Positions 35,541-49,514 of a DNA stretch of 64,000 bases are shown piece after piece; the first letter of the stretch is position 1; every line of letters begins with the position of its first letter. The DNA lies in the NCBI RefSeq assembly GCF_024223415.1, contig NZ_CP100500.1, one strand, 5' to 3'. Source of the DNA: Escherichia coli. Lineage in GTDB: Bacteria > Pseudomonadota > Gammaproteobacteria > Enterobacterales > Enterobacteriaceae. A program made the position numbers and the translations under genes. The notes below the pieces were generated by a model, which ran no database searches, had not been told where the DNA came from, and was given only the letters and a program-made list of their open reading frames with translations.

Positions 35541-35716
35541 AAATCAGGGTTTATGCTGATTTTTATACTTTAACTTGTTGATATTTAAAGTTATTTAATT
35601 GTAATGACGATACTCTGGAAAGTATTGAAAGTTAATTTGTGAGTGGTCGCACATATCCTGTTCATTTCATTTTGATACACTTCATGCCGTCAATGAGGTA
35701 ATTAACGTAGGTCGTT
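35541..35716 (+). promoter_or_regulatory. tdcABCDEFG promoter region
   Basis: AT-rich divergent intergenic upstream of tdcA; expected CRP/IHF-dependent promoter (sites not mapped). Confidence 0.5.
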
Positions 35717-36655
35717 ATGAGCACTATTCTTCTTCCGAAAACGCAGCACCTGGTAGTCTTTCAGGAAGTCATTAGAAGTGGCTCTATCGGCTCGGCTGCA
35801 AAAGAATTAGGGTTAACTCAACCGGCCGTCAGTAAAATCATTAACGATATTGAAGATTATTTTGGTGTGGAATTAGTGGTGCGGAAAAATACCGGTGTAA
35901 CATTAACACCTGCCGGTCAATTGTTACTCTCCCGTTCCGAATCCATTACCCGTGAAATGAAAAATATGGTTAATGAGATAAGCGGTATGTCTTCTGAGGC
36001 GGTGGTGGAAGTCTCATTTGGTTTTCCTTCATTGATTGGTTTTACTTTTATGTCAGGGATGATCAACAAGTTCAAAGAGGTGTTCCCGAAAGCGCAGGTT
36101 TCTATGTATGAAGCGCAACTGTCTTCGTTCTTACCGGCAATCCGCGACGGTCGACTGGATTTTGCGATTGGTACGTTAAGTGCAGAAATGAAGCTTCAGG
36201 ATTTACATGTTGAGCCGCTGTTTGAGTCCGAGTTTGTACTGGTAGCCAGTAAGTCCCGAACATGCACCGGCACCACCACGCTGGAGTCGTTGAAGAACGA
36301 ACAGTGGGTGTTGCCACAAACCAATATGGGGTACTACAGCGAACTGCTTACTACGTTACAAAGAAATGGCATCAGTATTGAAAACATCGTTAAAACCGAC
36401 TCAGTCGTGACAATTTATAATCTTGTTCTCAATGCTGATTTCTTAACTGTAATTCCTTGTGATATGACGTCACCTTTTGGTTCTAATCAATTTATTACTA
36501 TTCCGGTTGAAGAAACATTACCTGTGGCACAATATGCCGCGGTATGGTCGAAAAATTATCGTATTAAAAAAGCAGCATCGGTTTTGGTGGAATTAGCCAA
36601 AGAGTATTCATCTTATAATGGGTGTAGACGAAGGCAATTAATAGAAGTTGGTTAG
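35717..36655 (+). CDS. tdcA: LysR-family transcriptional activator of tdc operon
   Basis: 312-aa ORF with N-terminal HTH. Confidence 0.9.
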   Translation: MSTILLPKTQHLVVFQEVIRSGSIGSAAKELGLTQPAVSKIINDIEDYFGVELVVRKNTGVTLTPAGQLLLSRSESITREMKNMVNEISGMSSEAVVEVSFGFPSLIGFTFMSGMINKFKEVFPKAQVSMYEAQLSSFLPAIRDGRLDFAIGTLSAEMKLQDLHVEPLFESEFVLVASKSRTCTGTTTLESLKNEQWVLPQTNMGYYSELLTTLQRNGISIENIVKTDSVVTIYNLVLNADFLTVIPCDMTSPFGSNQFITIPVEETLPVAQYAAVWSKNYRIKKAASVLVELAKEYSSYNGCRRRQLIEVG

Positions 36656-36753
36656 TTATTTGTTTTTATTTAAACATAAATAATCCACCTGTCTGTCTTG
36701 CAGGTGTCGGTTACGGTTACCTACATATTTAATTCAGGCGAAGAGGTTTTATA

Positions 36754-37743
36754 ATGCATATTACATACGATCTGCCGGTTGCTATTGATGACATTATTGA
36801 AGCGAAACAACGACTGGCTGGGCGAATTTATAAAACAGGCATGCCTCGCTCCAACTATTTTAGTGAACGTTGCAAAGGTGAAATATTCCTGAAGTTTGAA
36901 AATATGCAGCGTACGGGTTCATTTAAAATTCGTGGCGCATTTAATAAATTAAGTTCACTGACCGATGCGGAAAAACGCAAAGGCGTGGTGGCCTGTTCTG
37001 CGGGCAACCATGCGCAAGGGGTTTCGCTCTCCTGCGCGATGCTGGGTATCGACGGTAAAGTGGTGATGCCAAAAGGCGCGCCGAAATCCAAAGTAGCGGC
37101 AACGTGCGACTACTCCGCAGAAGTCGTTCTGCATGGTGATAACTTCAACGACACTATCGCTAAAGTGAGCGAAATTGTCGAAATGGAAGGCCGTATTTTT
37201 ATCCCACCTTACGATGATCCGAAAGTGATTGCTGGTCAGGGAACGATTGGCCTGGAAATTATGGAAGATCTCTATGATGTCGATAACGTGATTGTGCCAA
37301 TTGGTGGTGGCGGTTTAATTGCTGGTATTGCGGTGGCAATTAAATCTATTAACCCGACCATTCGTGTTATTGGCGTACAGTCAGAAAACGTTCACGGCAT
37401 GGCGGCTTCTTTCCACTCCGGAGAAATAACCACGCACCGAACTACCGGCACCCTGGCGGATGGTTGTGATGTCGCCCGCCCGGGTAATTTAACTTACGAA
37501 ATCGTTCGTGAATTAGTCGATGACATCGTGCTGGTCAGCGAAGACGAAATCAGAAACAGTATGATTGCCTTAATTCAGCGCAATAAAGTCGTCACCGAAG
37601 GCGCAGGCGCTCTGGCATGTGCTGCATTATTAAGCGGTAAATTAGACCAATATATTCAAAACAGAAAAACCGTCAGTATTATTTCCGGCGGCAATATCGA
37701 TCTTTCTCGCGTCTCTCAAATCACCGGTTTCGTTGACGCTTAA
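36754..37743 (+). CDS. tdcB: Catabolic threonine dehydratase (PLP-dependent)
   Basis: 329-aa ORF with SFKIRGA PLP-binding motif. Confidence 0.92.
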   Translation: MHITYDLPVAIDDIIEAKQRLAGRIYKTGMPRSNYFSERCKGEIFLKFENMQRTGSFKIRGAFNKLSSLTDAEKRKGVVACSAGNHAQGVSLSCAMLGIDGKVVMPKGAPKSKVAATCDYSAEVVLHGDNFNDTIAKVSEIVEMEGRIFIPPYDDPKVIAGQGTIGLEIMEDLYDVDNVIVPIGGGGLIAGIAVAIKSINPTIRVIGVQSENVHGMAASFHSGEITTHRTTGTLADGCDVARPGNLTYEIVRELVDDIVLVSEDEIRNSMIALIQRNKVVTEGAGALACAALLSGKLDQYIQNRKTVSIISGGNIDLSRVSQITGFVDA

Positions 37744-37761
37744 TTAATTCGTTGAGGATAG

Positions 37762-39096
<1,335 letters not shown>

Positions 39097-39121
39097 TCCG
39101 TAACTCAGGATGAGAAAAGAG

Positions 39122-40330
39122 ATGAATGAATTTCCGGTTGTTTTGGTTATTAACTGTGGTTCGTCTTCGATTAAGTTTTCCGTACTCGATGCCAGCGACT
39201 GTGAAGTATTAATGTCAGGTATTGCCGACGGTATTAACTCGGAAAATGCATTCTTATCCGTAAATGGGGGAGAGCCAGCACCGCTGGCTCACCACAGCTA
39301 CGAAGGTGCATTGAAGGCAATTGCATTTGAACTGGAAAAACGGAATTTAAATGACAGTGTGGCCTTAATTGGCCACCGCATCGCTCACGGCGGCAGTATT
39401 TTTACCGAGTCCGCCATTATTACCGATGAAGTCATTGATAATATCCGCCGCGTTTCTCCACTGGCACCCCTGCATAATTACGCCAATTTAAGTGGTATTG
39501 AATCGGCGCAGCAACTATTCCCGGGCGTAACTCAGGTGGCGGTATTTGATACCAGTTTCCACCAGACGATGGCTCCGGAAGCTTATTTATACGGCCTGCC
39601 GTGGAAATATTATGAAGAGTTAGGTGTACGCCGTTATGGTTTCCACGGCACGTCGCACCGCTATGTTTCCCAGCGCGCACATTCTTTGCTGAATCTGGCG
39701 GAAGATGACTCCGGCCTGGTTGTGGCGCATCTTGGCAATGGCGCGTCAATCTGCGCAGTTCGCAACGGTCAGAGTGTTGACACCTCAATGGGAATGACGC
39801 CGCTGGAAGGCTTGATGATGGGTACCCGCAGTGGCGATGTCGACTTTGGTGCGATGTCCTGGGTCGCCAGCCAAACCAACCAGAGCCTGGGTGACCTGGA
39901 ACGCGTAGTGAATAAAGAGTCGGGATTATTAGGTATTTCCGGTCTTTCTTCGGATTTACGTGTTCTGGAAAAAGCCTGGCATGAAGGTCACGAACGCGCG
40001 CAACTGGCAATTAAAACCTTTGTTCACCGAATTGCCCGTCATATTGCCGGACACGCAGCTTCATTACGTCGCCTGGATGGAATTATATTCACCGGCGGAA
40101 TAGGAGAGAATTCAAGTTTAATTCGTCGTCTGGTCATGGAACATTTGGCTGTATTAGGCGTAGAGATTGATACAGAAATGAATAATCGATCTAACTCTTT
40201 TGGCGAGCGAATTGTTTCCAGTGAAAATGCGCGTGTCATTTGCGCCGTTATTCCGACTAACGAAGAAAAAATGATTGCTTTGGATGCCATTCATTTAGGC
40301 AAAGTTAACGCGCCCGCAGAATTTGCATAA
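39122..40330 (+). CDS. tdcD: Propionate/acetate kinase
   Basis: ORF 39110..40330; start [16 protein letters not shown] gives 402 aa. Confidence 0.9.
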   Translation: MNEFPVVLVINCGSSSIKFSVLDASDCEVLMSGIADGINSENAFLSVNGGEPAPLAHHSYEGALKAIAFELEKRNLNDSVALIGHRIAHGGSIFTESAIITDEVIDNIRRVSPLAPLHNYANLSGIESAQQLFPGVTQVAVFDTSFHQTMAPEAYLYGLPWKYYEELGVRRYGFHGTSHRYVSQRAHSLLNLAEDDSGLVVAHLGNGASICAVRNGQSVDTSMGMTPLEGLMMGTRSGDVDFGAMSWVASQTNQSLGDLERVVNKESGLLGISGLSSDLRVLEKAWHEGHERAQLAIKTFVHRIARHIAGHAASLRRLDGIIFTGGIGENSSLIRRLVMEHLAVLGVEIDTEMNNRSNSFGERIVSSENARVICAVIPTNEEKMIALDAIHLGKVNAPAEFA

Positions 40331-40363
40331 TTTAGTTGAAGTATTGTAGAGAGATTATTTTTC

Positions 40364-42658
40364 ATGAAGGTAGATATTGATACCAGCGATAAGCTGTACG
40401 CCGACGCATGGCTTGGCTTTAAAGGTACGGACTGGAAAAGCGAAATTAATGTCCGCGATTTTATTCAACATAACTATACACCGTATGAAGGCGATGAATC
40501 TTTTCTCGCCGAAGCGACGCCTGCCACCACGGAATTGTGGGAAAAAGTAATGGAAGGCATCCGTATCGAAAACGCAACCCACGCGCCGGTTGATTTCGAT
40601 ACCAATATTGCCACCACAATTACCGCTCATGATGCGGGATATATTAACCAGCCGCTGGAAAAAATTGTTGGCCTGCAAACGGATGCGCCGTTGAAACGTG
40701 CGCTACACCCGTTCGGTGGCATTAATATGATTAAAAGTTCATTCCACGCCTATGGCCGTGAAATGGACAGTGAATTTGAATATCTGTTTACCGATCTGCG
40801 TAAAACCCATAACCAGGGTGTATTTGATGTTTACTCACCGGATATGCTGCGCTGCCGTAAATCTGGCGTACTGACCGGTTTACCAGATGGTTATGGACGT
40901 GGGCGCATTATAGGTGACTATCGCCGCGTAGCGCTGTATGGCATTCGTTATCTGGTGCGTGAACGCGAACTGCAATTTGCCGATCTCCAGTCTCGTCTGG
41001 AAAAAGGCGAGGATCTGGAAGCCACCATCCGTCTGCGTGAGGAGCTGGCAGAGCATCGTCATGCGCTGTTGCAGATTCAGGAAATGGCGGCGAAATATGG
41101 CTTTGATATCTCTCGCCCGGCGCAGAATGCGCAGGAAGCGGTGCAGTGGCTCTACTTCGCTTATCTGGCGGCAGTGAAATCACAGAACGGCGGCGCGATG
41201 TCGCTGGGTCGCACGGCATCGTTCCTGGATATCTACATTGAGCGCGACTTTAAAGCTGGCGTACTCAATGAGCAGCAGGCACAGGAACTGATCGATCACT
41301 TCATCATGAAGATCCGTATGGTGCGCTTCCTGCGTACACCGGAATTTGATTCGCTGTTCTCCGGCGACCCAATCTGGGCGACGGAAGTGATCGGCGGGAT
41401 GGGGCTGGACGGTCGTACGCTGGTGACCAAAAACTCCTTCCGCTATTTGCACACCCTGCACACTATGGGGCCTGCACCGGAACCTAACCTGACCATTCTT
41501 TGGTCGGAAGAATTACCGATTGCCTTCAAAAAATATGCCGCGCAGGTGTCGATCGTCACCTCTTCCTTGCAGTATGAAAACGACGATCTGATGCGTACTG
41601 ACTTCAACAGCGACGATTACGCGATTGCCTGCTGCGTCAGCCCAATGGTGATTGGTAAGCAAATGCAGTTCTTTGGTGCACGCGCTAACCTGGCGAAAAC
41701 GCTGCTGTACGCAATTAATGGCGGGGTGGACGAGAAGCTGAAGATTCAGGTCGGGCCGAAAACAGCACCGTTGATGGACGATGTGCTGGATTACGACAAA
41801 GTGATGGACAGCCTCGATCACTTCATGGACTGGCTGGCGGTGCAGTACATCAGCGCGCTGAATATCATTCACTACATGCACGACAAGTACAGCTACGAAG
41901 CTTCGCTGATGGCGCTGCACGATCGTGATGTCTATCGCACCATGGCGTGCGGCATCGCGGGCCTGTCGGTGGCAACGGACTCCCTTTCTGCGATCAAATA
42001 TGCCCGCGTGAAACCAATCCGTGACGAAAACGGCCTGGCGGTGGACTTTGAAATCGACGGTGAATATCCGCAGTACGGCAACAACGACGAGCGCGTAGAC
42101 AGCATTGCCTGCGACCTGGTTGAACGTTTTATGAAGAAAATTAAAGCGCTGCCAACCTATCGCAACGCCGTCCCTACCCAGTCGATTCTGACTATCACTT
42201 CTAACGTGGTGTACGGCCAGAAAACCGGTAACACGCCGGACGGTCGTCGCGCCGGAACACCGTTCGCGCCGGGCGCTAACCCGATGCATGGTCGTGACCG
42301 CAAAGGTGCCGTGGCCTCATTGACGTCGGTGGCGAAACTGCCGTTCACCTACGCTAAAGACGGGATCTCGTACACCTTCTCGATTGTGCCTGCGGCGCTG
42401 GGCAAAGAAGATCCAGTACGTAAAACCAACCTTGTCGGCCTGCTGGATGGGTATTTCCACCACGAAGCGGATGTCGAAGGCGGTCAACACCTCAACGTCA
42501 ACGTAATGAATCGGGAAATGCTGCTGGATGCCATCGAGCACCCGGAAAAATATCCTAACCTGACAATCCGTGTCTCTGGCTACGCCGTGCGCTTCAACGC
42601 ACTGACCCGTGAACAGCAGCAGGATGTTATTTCACGTACCTTTACCCAGGCGCTCTGA
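40364..42658 (+). CDS. tdcE: 2-ketobutyrate/pyruvate formate-lyase (glycyl radical enzyme)
   Basis: 764-aa ORF with C-terminal RVSGYAVRF glycyl-radical motif. Confidence 0.92.
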   Translation: MKVDIDTSDKLYADAWLGFKGTDWKSEINVRDFIQHNYTPYEGDESFLAEATPATTELWEKVMEGIRIENATHAPVDFDTNIATTITAHDAGYINQPLEKIVGLQTDAPLKRALHPFGGINMIKSSFHAYGREMDSEFEYLFTDLRKTHNQGVFDVYSPDMLRCRKSGVLTGLPDGYGRGRIIGDYRRVALYGIRYLVRERELQFADLQSRLEKGEDLEATIRLREELAEHRHALLQIQEMAAKYGFDISRPAQNAQEAVQWLYFAYLAAVKSQNGGAMSLGRTASFLDIYIERDFKAGVLNEQQAQELIDHFIMKIRMVRFLRTPEFDSLFSGDPIWATEVIGGMGLDGRTLVTKNSFRYLHTLHTMGPAPEPNLTILWSEELPIAFKKYAAQVSIVTSSLQYENDDLMRTDFNSDDYAIACCVSPMVIGKQMQFFGARANLAKTLLYAINGGVDEKLKIQVGPKTAPLMDDVLDYDKVMDSLDHFMDWLAVQYISALNIIHYMHDKYSYEASLMALHDRDVYRTMACGIAGLSVATDSLSAIKYARVKPIRDENGLAVDFEIDGEYPQYGNNDERVDSIACDLVERFMKKIKALPTYRNAVPTQSILTITSNVVYGQKTGNTPDGRRAGTPFAPGANPMHGRDRKGAVASLTSVAKLPFTYAKDGISYTFSIVPAALGKEDPVRKTNLVGLLDGYFHHEADVEGGQHLNVNVMNREMLLDAIEHPEKYPNLTIRVSGYAVRFNALTREQQQDVISRTFTQAL

Positions 42659-42671
42659 CGCCGGAGGATGT

Positions 42672-43061
42672 ATGAAAAAGATTATCGAAACGCAACGTGC
42701 CCCAGGCGCAATCGGCCCTTATGTTCAAGGCGTTGATTTAGGCAGCATGGTCTTCACCTCCGGTCAAATTCCGGTTTGCCCACAGACCGGTGAGATCCCG
42801 GCTGATGTGCAAGATCAGGCGCGTTTAAGCCTCGAAAACGTCAAAGCGATCGTGGTTGCTGCCGGGCTGAGCGTGGGCGATATCATCAAGATGACCGTGT
42901 TCATCACCGATCTGAATGATTTTGCCACCATCAACGAAGTCTATAAGCAGTTCTTCGATGAGCATCAGGCGACCTATCCGACCCGGAGCTGTGTGCAGGT
43001 CGCGCGTTTGCCGAAAGATGTGAAGCTGGAAATTGAAGCCATCGCAGTACGTAGTGCGTAA
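42672..43061 (+). CDS. tdcF: RidA-family enamine/imine deaminase
   Basis: ORF 42609..43061; start MKKIIETQRAPGAIGPY gives 129 aa. Confidence 0.9.
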   Translation: MKKIIETQRAPGAIGPYVQGVDLGSMVFTSGQIPVCPQTGEIPADVQDQARLSLENVKAIVVAAGLSVGDIIKMTVFITDLNDFATINEVYKQFFDEHQATYPTRSCVQVARLPKDVKLEIEAIAVRSA

Positions 43062-43132
43062 AGCCTCGTGAGCGGGACGGTCGTAAGGTCGTTCCGCTCC
43101 ACTTCACTGAACGGCAATCCGAGGGTGTGGAT

Positions 43133-44497
43133 ATGATTAGTGCATTCGATATTTTCAAAATTGGGATTGGTCCCTCCAGTTCGCATACCGTGGGGCCAAT
43201 GAATGCCGGAAAAAGTTTTATTGATCGGCTGGAAAGTAGCGGCTTATTAACCGCGACGAGCCATATTGTGGTCGATCTGTACGGGTCGTTGTCACTGACG
43301 GGCAAAGGCCATGCCACGGATGTCGCCATCATCATGGGACTGGCAGGAAACAGTCCGCAGGATGTTGTCATTGATGAGATCCCTGCATTTATAGAGTTAG
43401 TAACGCGCAGCGGGCGGCTGCCAGTGGCATCTGGTGCGCATATTGTTGATTTTCCTGTAGCAAAGAACATTATCTTCCATCCCGAAATGTTGCCTCGCCA
43501 TGAGAACGGAATGCGGATCACTGCCTGGAAGGCACAGGAAGAGCTATTAAGTAAAACCTATTACTCTGTCGGCGGCGGGTTTATTGTCGAAGAAGAACAG
43601 TTCGGCCTGTCGCACGATGTCGAAACGTCCGTACCTTACGATTTCCACTCAGCAGGTGAACTGCTGAAAATGTGTGATTACAACGGCCTTTCTATTTCTG
43701 GCCTGATGATGCACAACGAGCTAGCGCTGCGCAGTAAAGCGGAAATTGACGCCGGTTTTGCCCGTATCTGGCAAGTGATGCATGACGGTATTGAACGCGG
43801 GATGAACACTGAAGGCGTGCTGCCTGGTCCGCTCAATGTGCCGCGCCGTGCCGTAGCGCTGCGTCGTCAGCTGGTTTCCAGCGATAACATCTCTAACGAT
43901 CCGATGAATGTCATCGACTGGATCAACATGTACGCGCTGGCGGTTAGTGAAGAAAACGCAGCTGGCGGGCGCGTGGTAACGGCACCGACTAACGGTGCGT
44001 GCGGCATTATTCCGGCAGTGCTGGCTTATTACGATAAGTTCCGTCGTCCGGTAAACGAGCGGTCAATTGCCCGCTATTTTCTTGCAGCCGGGGCTATTGG
44101 CGCGCTGTATAAAATGAACGCCTCCATCTCTGGCGCGGAGGTCGGCTGTCAGGGGGAGATTGGCGTGGCCTGTTCAATGGCGGCGGCAGGGTTAACTGAA
44201 CTACTGGGCGGCAGTCCGGCGCAGGTATGCAATGCGGCGGAAATCGCGATGGAGCATAACCTTGGACTGACCTGCGATCCGGTTGCCGGACAGGTACAAA
44301 TCCCGTGCATTGAACGTAATGCCATTAATGCCGTGAAAGCAGTAAACGCCGCGCGGATGGCGATGCGCCGCACCTCGGCACCGCGTGTTTCACTCGATAA
44401 AGTGATCGAGACGATGTATGAAACCGGCAAAGATATGAACGATAAATACCGCGAAACATCACGCGGAGGACTGGCCATTAAAGTGGTCTGCGGCTGA
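43133..44497 (+). CDS. tdcG: L-serine dehydratase 3 (Fe-S)
   Basis: ORF 43127..44497; start [19 protein letters not shown] gives 454 aa. Confidence 0.9.
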   Translation: MISAFDIFKIGIGPSSSHTVGPMNAGKSFIDRLESSGLLTATSHIVVDLYGSLSLTGKGHATDVAIIMGLAGNSPQDVVIDEIPAFIELVTRSGRLPVASGAHIVDFPVAKNIIFHPEMLPRHENGMRITAWKAQEELLSKTYYSVGGGFIVEEEQFGLSHDVETSVPYDFHSAGELLKMCDYNGLSISGLMMHNELALRSKAEIDAGFARIWQVMHDGIERGMNTEGVLPGPLNVPRRAVALRRQLVSSDNISNDPMNVIDWINMYALAVSEENAAGGRVVTAPTNGACGIIPAVLAYYDKFRRPVNERSIARYFLAAGAIGALYKMNASISGAEVGCQGEIGVACSMAAAGLTELLGGSPAQVCNAAEIAMEHNLGLTCDPVAGQVQIPCIERNAINAVKAVNAARMAMRRTSAPRVSLDKVIETMYETGKDMNDKYRETSRGGLAIKVVCG

Positions 44498-44521
44498 CAT
44501 TGCTGTCAGCTTTCATCCTTG

Positions 44522-44547
44522 GGTGCACAAATGTGCACCTTTTTTTT
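44522..44547 (+). terminator. tdc operon intrinsic terminator
   Basis: GGTGCACAAATGTGCACC hairpin followed by T8. Confidence 0.8.
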
Positions 44548-44771
44548 GTGATCTGCCGCAAATAGAGAATGAATATTCTCTTGCGATTAATTTAGTAGAA
44601 AATTCTTATCCATCTCCGTTATTTCAAAGTCTTGATTGTGAAGATTTTCTCTGACCTCGCGCGTATCATTTCTTTATTCTAATAACTCGCCTGCAAAAAC
44701 GTAGACCGCATATCGCCTTGATGCGGCTCGGAAAAAAATAATAAGCCCTACAAAATATTGAGCGAGAAATT

Positions 44772-46103
44772 ATGGAAATTGCATCGAATAAAGGCGTCAT
44801 TGCAGACGCTTCGACCCCGGCGGGTCGTGCTGGAATGAGTGAGAGCGAGTGGCGAGAAGCGATCAAATTCGACAGTACTGACACTGGCTGGGTGATTATG
44901 AGTATCGGGATGGCGATTGGCGCGGGGATTGTTTTTCTCCCGGTGCAGGTCGGTTTGATGGGATTGTGGGTATTTTTGCTCTCATCGGTGATTGGTTACC
45001 CGGCAATGTATCTGTTTCAGCGATTGTTTATTAATACGCTGGCAGAATCACCAGAATGTAAAGATTACCCGAGCGTCATTAGCGGTTATTTAGGTAAAAA
45101 CTGGGGCATCCTGTTAGGTGCACTCTATTTCGTAATGCTGGTGATTTGGATGTTCGTCTATTCCACCGCCATCACCAACGATAGTGCTTCCTACCTGCAT
45201 ACCTTCGGCGTGACGGAAGGGTTGCTGTCAGACAGTCCCTTTTATGGTCTGGTACTGATTTGCATTCTGGTGGCGATCTCTTCACGCGGCGAGAAATTGT
45301 TATTCAAAATTTCGACTGGCATGGTGCTGACCAAGCTGCTGGTGGTCGCGGCGCTGGGCGTGTCGATGGTGGGAATGTGGCATCTGTATAACGTCGGTTC
45401 GCTACCGCCGCTGGGGCTGCTGGTGAAAAACGCCATTATTACGCTGCCGTTTACCCTGACGTCGATTCTGTTTATCCAGACGTTAAGCCCGATGGTGATC
45501 TCTTATCGCTCGCGGGAAAAATCAATTGAAGTGGCGCGGCATAAAGCATTGCGGGCAATGAATATCGCGTTTGGCATTTTGTTTGTCACCGTCTTTTTCT
45601 ACGCCGTGTCGTTCACGCTGGCGATGGGACATGACGAAGCGGTAAAAGCCTACGAGCAGAATATTTCTGCGCTGGCGATTGCCGCACAGTTTATTAGCGG
45701 TGACGGCGCAGCGTGGGTGAAAGTGGTCAGCGTCATTCTCAATATCTTTGCTGTCATGACTGCATTCTTTGGCGTCTATTTAGGCTTTCGCGAAGCAACG
45801 CAAGGGATCGTAATGAACATCCTGCGTCGCAAGATGCCTGCCGAGAAGATTAACGAAAATCTTGTTCAGCGCGGCATCATGATTTTCGCCATTTTGCTGG
45901 CCTGGAGCGCCATCGTACTGAACGCACCGGTGTTGAGCTTCACCTCTATCTGTAGCCCGATTTTCGGCATGGTAGGGTGCCTGATCCCGGCGTGGCTGGT
46001 TTACAAAGTACCGGCATTGCACAAATACAAAGGGATGTCTCTGTACCTGATTATCGTCACTGGTTTGTTGCTTTGTGTTTCTCCGTTCCTGGCATTTTCT
46101 TGA
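44772..46103 (+). CDS. cyuP: Cysteine transporter (Ser/Thr-transporter-like)
   Basis: 443-aa membrane ORF (yhaO). Confidence 0.85.
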   Translation: MEIASNKGVIADASTPAGRAGMSESEWREAIKFDSTDTGWVIMSIGMAIGAGIVFLPVQVGLMGLWVFLLSSVIGYPAMYLFQRLFINTLAESPECKDYPSVISGYLGKNWGILLGALYFVMLVIWMFVYSTAITNDSASYLHTFGVTEGLLSDSPFYGLVLICILVAISSRGEKLLFKISTGMVLTKLLVVAALGVSMVGMWHLYNVGSLPPLGLLVKNAIITLPFTLTSILFIQTLSPMVISYRSREKSIEVARHKALRAMNIAFGILFVTVFFYAVSFTLAMGHDEAVKAYEQNISALAIAAQFISGDGAAWVKVVSVILNIFAVMTAFFGVYLGFREATQGIVMNILRRKMPAEKINENLVQRGIMIFAILLAWSAIVLNAPVLSFTSICSPIFGMVGCLIPAWLVYKVPALHKYKGMSLYLIIVTGLLLCVSPFLAFS

Positions 46104-46130
46104 TTTACCTGAAATTTTAAGGTTTTTAAT

Positions 46131-47441
46131 ATGTTTGATTCGACTTTAAATCCGTTATGGCAGCGTTACATCCTCGCCGTTCAGGAGGAAGTAAAACCGG
46201 CGCTGGGATGTACTGAACCGATTTCACTGGCGCTGGCGGCGGCGGTTGCTGCGGCAGAACTGGAAGGTCCGGTTGAACGTGTAGAAGCCTGGGTTTCGCC
46301 AAATCTGATGAAGAACGGTCTGGGCGTCACCGTTCCCGGCACGGGAATGGTGGGGCTGCCGATTGCGGCGGCGCTGGGGGCGTTAGGTGGAAATGCCAAC
46401 GCCGGGCTGGAAGTGCTGAAAGACGCAACTGCGCAGGCAATTGCCGATGCCAAAGCACTGCTGGCGGCGGGGAAAGTCTCCGTTAAGATCCAGGAACCTT
46501 GCAATGAAATCCTCTTCTCACGCGCCAAAGTCTGGAACGGTGAGAAGTGGGCGTGTGTCACTATCGTCGGCGGGCATACCAACATTGTGCATATTGAGAC
46601 GCACGATGGTGTGGTGTTTACCCAGCAGGCGTGTGTGGCAGAGGGCGAGCAAGAGTCTCCGCTGGCGGTGCTTTCCAGAACGACGCTGGCTGAGATCCTG
46701 AAGTTCGTCAATGAAGTCCCGTTTGCGGCGATCCGCTTTATTCTCGATTCCGCGAAGCTAAATTGTGCGTTATCGCAGGAAGGTTTGAGCGGTAAGTGGG
46801 GGCTGCATATTGGTGCGACGCTGGAAAAACAGTGCGAGCGCGGTTTGCTGGCGAAAGATCTCTCTTCATCCATTGTGATTCGTACCAGCGCGGCATCCGA
46901 TGCGCGTATGGGCGGCGCTACGCTTCCGGCTATGAGTAACTCCGGCTCGGGTAACCAGGGGATCACCGCAACAATGCCTGTGGTGGTGGTAGCAGAACAC
47001 TTCGGAGCGGATGATGAACGGCTGGCGCGTGCGCTGATGCTTTCGCATTTGAGCGCAATTTACATCCATAACCAGTTACCGCGTTTGTCTGCGCTGTGTG
47101 CCGCAACGACCGCAGCAATGGGGGCCGCCGCCGGGATGGCATGGCTGGTGGATGGGCGTTATGAAACCATCTCGATGGCGATCAGCAGTATGATCGGCGA
47201 TGTCAGCGGCATGATTTGCGATGGTGCGTCGAACAGCTGCGCGATGAAGGTTTCGACCAGTGCTTCGGCTGCGTGGAAAGCGGTGTTAATGGCGCTGGAT
47301 GATACCGCCGTGACCGGCAATGAAGGGATCGTGGCGCATGATGTTGAGCAGTCGATTGCCAACCTGTGTGCGTTAGCAAGCCATTCGATGCAGCAAACGG
47401 ATCGGCAGATTATCGAGATTATGGCGAGCAAGGCCAGATAA
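46131..47441 (+). CDS. cyuA: L-cysteine desulfidase
   Basis: 436-aa ORF (yhaM), downstream of cyuP. Confidence 0.85.
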   Translation: MFDSTLNPLWQRYILAVQEEVKPALGCTEPISLALAAAVAAAELEGPVERVEAWVSPNLMKNGLGVTVPGTGMVGLPIAAALGALGGNANAGLEVLKDATAQAIADAKALLAAGKVSVKIQEPCNEILFSRAKVWNGEKWACVTIVGGHTNIVHIETHDGVVFTQQACVAEGEQESPLAVLSRTTLAEILKFVNEVPFAAIRFILDSAKLNCALSQEGLSGKWGLHIGATLEKQCERGLLAKDLSSSIVIRTSAASDARMGGATLPAMSNSGSGNQGITATMPVVVVAEHFGADDERLARALMLSHLSAIYIHNQLPRLSALCAATTAAMGAAAGMAWLVDGRYETISMAISSMIGDVSGMICDGASNSCAMKVSTSASAAWKAVLMALDDTAVTGNEGIVAHDVEQSIANLCALASHSMQQTDRQIIEIMASKAR

Positions 47442-47454
47442 ACGCCAGGTTTTG

Positions 47455-47570
47455 GGTATCGTGCCGGATGCGATTCTGGCGCATCTTATCCGGCCTACGG
47501 GTTGTTTAATTCGTTAATGTTGTTGGATTTTGTAGGCCGGATAAGGCGTTTTCGCCGCATCCGGCAACCT
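47455..47570. repeat. REP/BIME elements
   Basis: GCCGGATGCG…CATCTTATCCGGCCTAC and GTAGGCCGGATAAGGCG…GCATCCGGC. Confidence 0.8.
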
Positions 47571-47574
47571 GTCT

Positions 47575-47739
47575 TTACGCGGTAGCTTCATCCTCGGCTA
47601 AACGCGTTTCAGCATCCGCGACGATGGCTTCCAGCTCGCTCAACATCTCTTCATAGCCAAAATTTTTGGCGGTGCGAGCAGGTTCTTTCGCCACCACGGG
47701 CTTCGCTGGCTGGCGCTTTTTGGCCGATTTTTTACTCAT
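47575..47739 (-). CDS. yhaL: Small protein YhaL (54 aa)
   Basis: Hand-translated minus strand gives MSKKSAKKRQPAKPVVAKEPARTAKNFGYEEMLSELEAIVADAETRLAEDEATA; below the 60-aa cutoff of the ORF track. Confidence 0.8.
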   Translation of the reverse strand: MSKKSAKKRQPAKPVVAKEPARTAKNFGYEEMLSELEAIVADAETRLAEDEATA

Positions 47740-47761
47740 CATCATCTCCCTGTAAAAACAA

Positions 47762-48463
47762 CTAGACAGGCAAATCTATCAGCAAAGCGCGCAGTGGGGA
47801 ATCGGCAACCAGCGTAATGTTAGCCTCGTCACGAATAAACGCCCCATCACCGCAGGTCAGCGCCGCTTTCTCTTCATGATGCGTAAGCGCATGAAATTTC
47901 CCGTGAATCGATTGCAAATACGCGCGTGGCCCATGCAACTGGAAATTCGCACTTTCGCCTTTGTCGAGCACGATATGGTGCAGCCACACTTGCTGGCGTA
48001 ATTGCAGGCTTCCCATCGCACCCTCTGGCGAGGCGATTAATTGCTGCTTGCCCATATTAAGCGCCAGTTTTTGAATCAGCGGATTCTCTCGCTGCGGGCA
48101 GGCGTCCAGCCAAAGCTGCATTCGTGTTAACGGTTTGTCTTTGCTGAGATTGTGTTCGCTGTAGCTGACACCCGGCTGGGTAGAGAGCAGCAACGCCTCA
48201 CCGGCGCTGGCCTGAACATGATTGCCTTCGCTGTCGCGATACTCTGCTTCTCCATCCAGAATCACATTTAAAATATCGACTTTGGGATAGGTTCGCGGCT
48301 GAAAGGCGGCACCTGGGGCCAGCACTTCCTGGTTAAGCACACGCAGGGAGGCATAGCCTAACAATTTCGGGTCGAAGTAGTGTCCAAAGGAAAAAGTATA
48401 CCGGGCCTGCAACCATCCGTAGTCTGCTTGTCCACACTGCCTGGCAGTTCGGGTAGTAATCAT
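47762..48463 (-). CDS. yhaK: Pirin-like bicupin protein
   Basis: 233-aa ORF, divergent from yhaJ. Confidence 0.88.
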   Translation of the reverse strand: MITTRTARQCGQADYGWLQARYTFSFGHYFDPKLLGYASLRVLNQEVLAPGAAFQPRTYPKVDILNVILDGEAEYRDSEGNHVQASAGEALLLSTQPGVSYSEHNLSKDKPLTRMQLWLDACPQRENPLIQKLALNMGKQQLIASPEGAMGSLQLRQQVWLHHIVLDKGESANFQLHGPRAYLQSIHGKFHALTHHEEKAALTCGDGAFIRDEANITLVADSPLRALLIDLPV

Positions 48464-48567
48464 AATTCTTGACCTCTCTTTACTTCCTTTTATGGTAAGG
48501 GGCTGGACGCTACATTGTTAGCCAGATATTCTGCCCGGTATGTTCAAATTTCCTGAATGAGAACGAA

Positions 48568-49464
48568 ATGGCCAAAGAAAGGGCATTAACGCTGGAAGCA
48601 CTACGGGTTATGGATGCGATCGATCGCCGGGGCAGTTTTGCGGCGGCAGCGGATGAGCTGGGACGCGTGCCTTCGGCACTTAGCTACACCATGCAAAAAC
48701 TGGAAGAAGAGCTGGATGTGGTGCTGTTTGACCGCTCGGGCCATCGCACCAAATTCACCAATGTCGGGAGGATGTTGTTGGAGCGAGGGCGCGTTTTGCT
48801 GGAAGCCGCAGATAAACTGACTACTGATGCGGAAGCTCTCGCGCGCGGTTGGGAAACGCATCTCACCATTGTGACCGAAGCGCTGGTACCGACACCTGCC
48901 TTTTTCCCGTTAATCGACAAACTGGCGGCAAAAGCCAATACCCAACTGGCAATCATCACAGAAGTGCTGGCGGGGGCGTGGGAACGGCTGGAGCAGGGGC
49001 GGGCGGATATTGTTATCGCGCCGGATATGCATTTTCGTTCCTCGTCGGAGATCAACTCGCGCAAGCTCTATACGTTAATGAACGTCTACGTTGCCGCGCC
49101 TGATCACCCGATTCATCAGGAGCCGGAACCGTTATCTGAAGTGACGCGTGTGAAATATCGTGGAATTGCGGTGGCGGATACCGCTCGTGAGCGCCCGGTG
49201 TTGACCGTACAGCTGCTGGACAAACAGCCGCGCTTAACGGTGAGCACGATTGAAGATAAACGTCAGGCATTACTGGCGGGGCTTGGCGTGGCGACGATGC
49301 CGTATCCGATGGTCGAAAAAGATATTGCGGAAGGGCGGTTGCGTGTCGTCAGCCCGGAATCGACCAGCGAGATCGATATTATTATGGCCTGGCGTCGTGA
49401 CAGTATGGGGGAAGCGAAATCCTGGTGTCTGCGGGAAATTCCCAAACTTTTTAGCGGAAAATAA
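48568..49464 (+). CDS. yhaJ: LysR-family transcriptional regulator
   Basis: 298-aa ORF with N-terminal HTH. Confidence 0.88.
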   Translation: MAKERALTLEALRVMDAIDRRGSFAAAADELGRVPSALSYTMQKLEEELDVVLFDRSGHRTKFTNVGRMLLERGRVLLEAADKLTTDAEALARGWETHLTIVTEALVPTPAFFPLIDKLAAKANTQLAIITEVLAGAWERLEQGRADIVIAPDMHFRSSSEINSRKLYTLMNVYVAAPDHPIHQEPEPLSEVTRVKYRGIAVADTARERPVLTVQLLDKQPRLTVSTIEDKRQALLAGLGVATMPYPMVEKDIAEGRLRVVSPESTSEIDIIMAWRRDSMGEAKSWCLREIPKLFSGK

Positions 49465-49514
49465 TATTTGTTATTGTTAATAAAAAGGGGCGAAATATCG
49501 CCCCAATTCTAAGA

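Noticed and set aside
41513-42289. 258-aa minus-strand ORF
   Set aside because: Antisense to tdcE (glycyl radical enzyme); His/Arg/Val-rich composition with no start context; spurious.
46181-46966. 261-aa minus-strand ORF
   Set aside because: Antisense to cyuA (yhaM); Ala/Ser/Pro-rich low-complexity translation; spurious.
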